Below, piece by piece: positions 34,732 through 36,689 of a DNA stretch of 36,689 bases (the first letter of the stretch is position 1; every line of letters begins with the position of its first letter). The stretch is from assembly GCA_041649315.1 (NCBI GenBank), contig JBAZNJ010000003.1, forward strand, positions 1 to 36,689. Direction: 5' to 3'. The notes beneath the pieces were generated by a model, which did not search any database, was not told the DNA's origin, and saw only the letters and a program-made list of their open reading frames with translations. Both the position numbers and the translations under genes were made by a program. This stretch comes from Patescibacteria group bacterium. GTDB lineage: Bacteria; Patescibacteriota; Patescibacteriia; Patescibacteriales; UBA12465.

Positions 34732-36689
34732 ATGGCTAAGAAAAAGAAAAAACAAAATCCGCTTGATTATATTGCTTTGCCGGAGTTTGATTTAGACGAA
34801 CATGCTAAGCGCAGCATTTTTATCGTTGTCCTTTTAGCGCTCGGTTTAGTAAGTTTGCTGGGTTTGTTCAATTTATCCGGCCATTTCGGGCAATTTTTAT
34901 CTAAAGAATTGACGCTTATTTTCGGTTTCGGAAAATGGCTTGTCCCTTTAATATTTTTATATTGGGCTTTTATTTTGATTCGCCAGAGCCGCCGGCCTTT
35001 GAAGTTTTCTGATTATTTAGGTTTAGGTCTGTTATTTATCTCTTATCAGACCTTATTCCATTTTTTTATCAAGAGCGTTGATTGGTTAACGGCGGTTGAA
35101 GCCGGTCGCGGCGGCGGTTATATCGGTTATTATCTGAGTCGGATGTTTTTCTATATCTTTGGTTTTTGGGGCGGAGTATCGGTCCTAATTGCCCTTTTGC
35201 TTATTTCTTTAGTTTTAGTTTTTAATGCTTCTTTAAATAAAATTATCGGTCGGGAAAGTTTTTTCGCCCGGATTGGCCGACCTTTCGTGTTATTTTTTAA
35301 GAATTTATTTTCCGGCCGGGAAGAAGAAAATGACGGACAGAAATTTGTGGCCGAGGCCCGGGAAGAGATTCTTGGCGCCTGGGAGGAGAAAGCGGTGCCG
35401 GTTAAAATGGAAAAATTAGCTGTCGGCGAAGATGAGAATGAGGAAGAAGATGGCGAGGAGGAAGAAGAGGCGGGAGACGATGAACCGAGCCCGGCGGCCT
35501 TAAAAGATAAATTGGCCGCTGGCAAGCCAAAGATCCAGGAAAAGATTACTTGGCCAAAACGATCCATTAAGATTGATTTACCTTTAGAATTATTAAATAG
35601 CAAATTTTCTAAAGCTATCGGCGGCGATACGGATGCGGCGGCGGCGCGGATCCAGAAGACCTTGGAAAAATTTGGGATTGTTGTTGAGATGGGGAGCACT
35701 AAAGTCGGACCGACCGTAACCCAATATACTTTCCGACCGGCCGAAGGCGTAAAATTATCACGCATTACGACTTTGAATAACGATCTAAGTTTAGCGCTTG
35801 CCGCGCATCCGATTCGGATTGAGGCGCCAATTCCCGGAGAATCTTTGGTTGGCGTGGAAGTGCCGAACAAGGCGAAAGCGATTGTCGGCCTGCGGGAAAT
35901 ATTGGAAGACGGGGCTTTTAAGAACCGGAAAAATAATCTGATGGTTGCTTTAGGCAAAGATGTTGCCGGTACGGTTTGGCTTTATGATTTGACGCGGATG
36001 CCGCACCTGCTTGTAGCTGGCGCGACCAATTCTGGAAAATCCGTCTGTTTGAATGCGATCATTATCAGTTTGCTTTACCAGAATAATCCGGATAATCTCC
36101 GTTTTATCATGGTTGACCCGAAACGGGTTGAACTCCCGACTTATAACGGCATCCCGCATTTATTAACGCCGGTTATTACCGATGTCAATAAGACCATTAA
36201 CGCCTTGAAATGGTGCTTGAACGAAATGGAACGGCGTTATGATGTTTTAAATAAAGCTGGGAAAAGAAACATCCAATCTTATAACGCAACGAGTAAAGAG
36301 AAATTGCCTTATATTGTTTTCATTATCGACGAGCTGGCCGATTTTATGATGACGAGCGGCAAGGAAATGGAAGCGGCGATTATTCGTTTAGCCCAAATGT
36401 CACGGGCGATTGGAATCCATTTAATTCTGGCGACCCAGCGGCCGAGCGTTGATGTTATTACCGGCTTGATTAAAGCCAATGTGCCGACGCGGATTGCTTT
36501 TTCTGTCGCTTCTCTTGTCGACTCAAAGACGATTCTAGATTCTTCCGGCGCGGAAAAATTATTAGGTCAGGGCGATATGTTGTTTACGACCGCTGAGTTA
36601 TCAAAACCAAAACGGATCCAGGGGGCCTATTTAAGCGATAATGAAATAAATGACGTTATTAATTTTATTAAAGAGAAGAGTGGCCCGGC
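34732..36689 (+). CDS. ftsK: DNA translocase FtsK/SpoIIIE, 3'-truncated by the window edge
   Basis: Translated by hand. Start MAKKKKKQNPLDY, 4 to 5 TM helices, acidic linker EDENEEEDGEEEEEAGDDE, Walker A GATNSGKS, Walker B YIVFIIDELAD, then ATQRPSVDVITG. No stop codon before 36689, so it is absent from the ORF track. Confidence 0.93.
   Translation, partial: MAKKKKKQNPLDYIALPEFDLDEHAKRSIFIVVLLALGLVSLLGLFNLSGHFGQFLSKELTLIFGFGKWLVPLIFLYWAFILIRQSRRPLKFSDYLGLGLLFISYQTLFHFFIKSVDWLTAVEAGRGGGYIGYYLSRMFFYIFGFWGGVSVLIALLLISLVLVFNASLNKIIGRESFFARIGRPFVLFFKNLFSGREEENDGQKFVAEAREEILGAWEEKAVPVKMEKLAVGEDENEEEDGEEEEEAGDDEPSPAALKDKLAAGKPKIQEKITWPKRSIKIDLPLELLNSKFSKAIGGDTDAAAARIQKTLEKFGIVVEMGSTKVGPTVTQYTFRPAEGVKLSRITTLNNDLSLALAAHPIRIEAPIPGESLVGVEVPNKAKAIVGLREILEDGAFKNRKNNLMVALGKDVAGTVWLYDLTRMPHLLVAGATNSGKSVCLNAIIISLLYQNNPDNLRFIMVDPKRVELPTYNGIPHLLTPVITDVNKTINALKWCLNEMERRYDVLNKAGKRNIQSYNATSKEKLPYIVFIIDELADFMMTSGKEMEAAIIRLAQMSRAIGIHLILATQRPSVDVITGLIKANVPTRIAFSVASLVDSKTILDSSGAEKLLGQGDMLFTTAELSKPKRIQGAYLSDNEINDVINFIKEKSGP

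Noticed and set aside
35420-35480. Purine-rich GAA/GAG run as a simple-sequence repeat element
   Set aside because: It encodes the acidic linker (EDENEEEDGEEEEEAGDDE) of FtsK. This is coding low complexity, not a separate feature.
35151-35957. 268-aa minus-strand ORF (plus 35950..36159) from the track
   Set aside because: It is antisense to a clear ftsK reading frame. The product is Ser/Pro-rich and low complexity with no motifs, so it is a shadow ORF.

Overview
This is a chromosomal segment whose gene content suggests a small-genome, monoderm-like bacterium of the Candidate Phyla Radiation/Patescibacteria type. That placement is inference only. From about 1.4 to 17.8 kb there is a secretin-less type IV pilus (T4P) supercluster. 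It holds a major pilin, the PilB ATPase, the PilC platform, four minor-pilin/pseudopilin-like genes, a 1393-aa beta-propeller/IPT/FN3 surface protein and two more exported proteins, one with a 417-nt tandem duplication. A convergent operon encodes a pilM-pilN fusion, a pilO-like gene and a LytR_C protein. After ddl comes an accessory stretch (about 19.0 to 24.5 kb) that looks AT-rich by eye. It encodes a signal-less SleB-type cell-wall hydrolase, two membrane-anchored proteins and a Type II R-M pair. The R-M pair is bracketed by identical 26-bp direct repeats and sits next to tRNA-Ala(UGC), whose 3' end and terminator hairpin are duplicated. The rest is mostly housekeeping: a LysM-M23 peptidase, a SIS/receiver/histidine-kinase operon, yebC, ruvC, glgA, a GH57 enzyme, an APH-fold kinase, and a 3'-truncated ftsK that the ORF track misses because it runs off the window. 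A roughly 37-nt stop-codon-proximal intercistronic motif recurs at two or more operon junctions. I saw no CRISPR array, rRNA, integrase or transposase. All domain calls come from motifs read by eye in the translations, and no database search was run.
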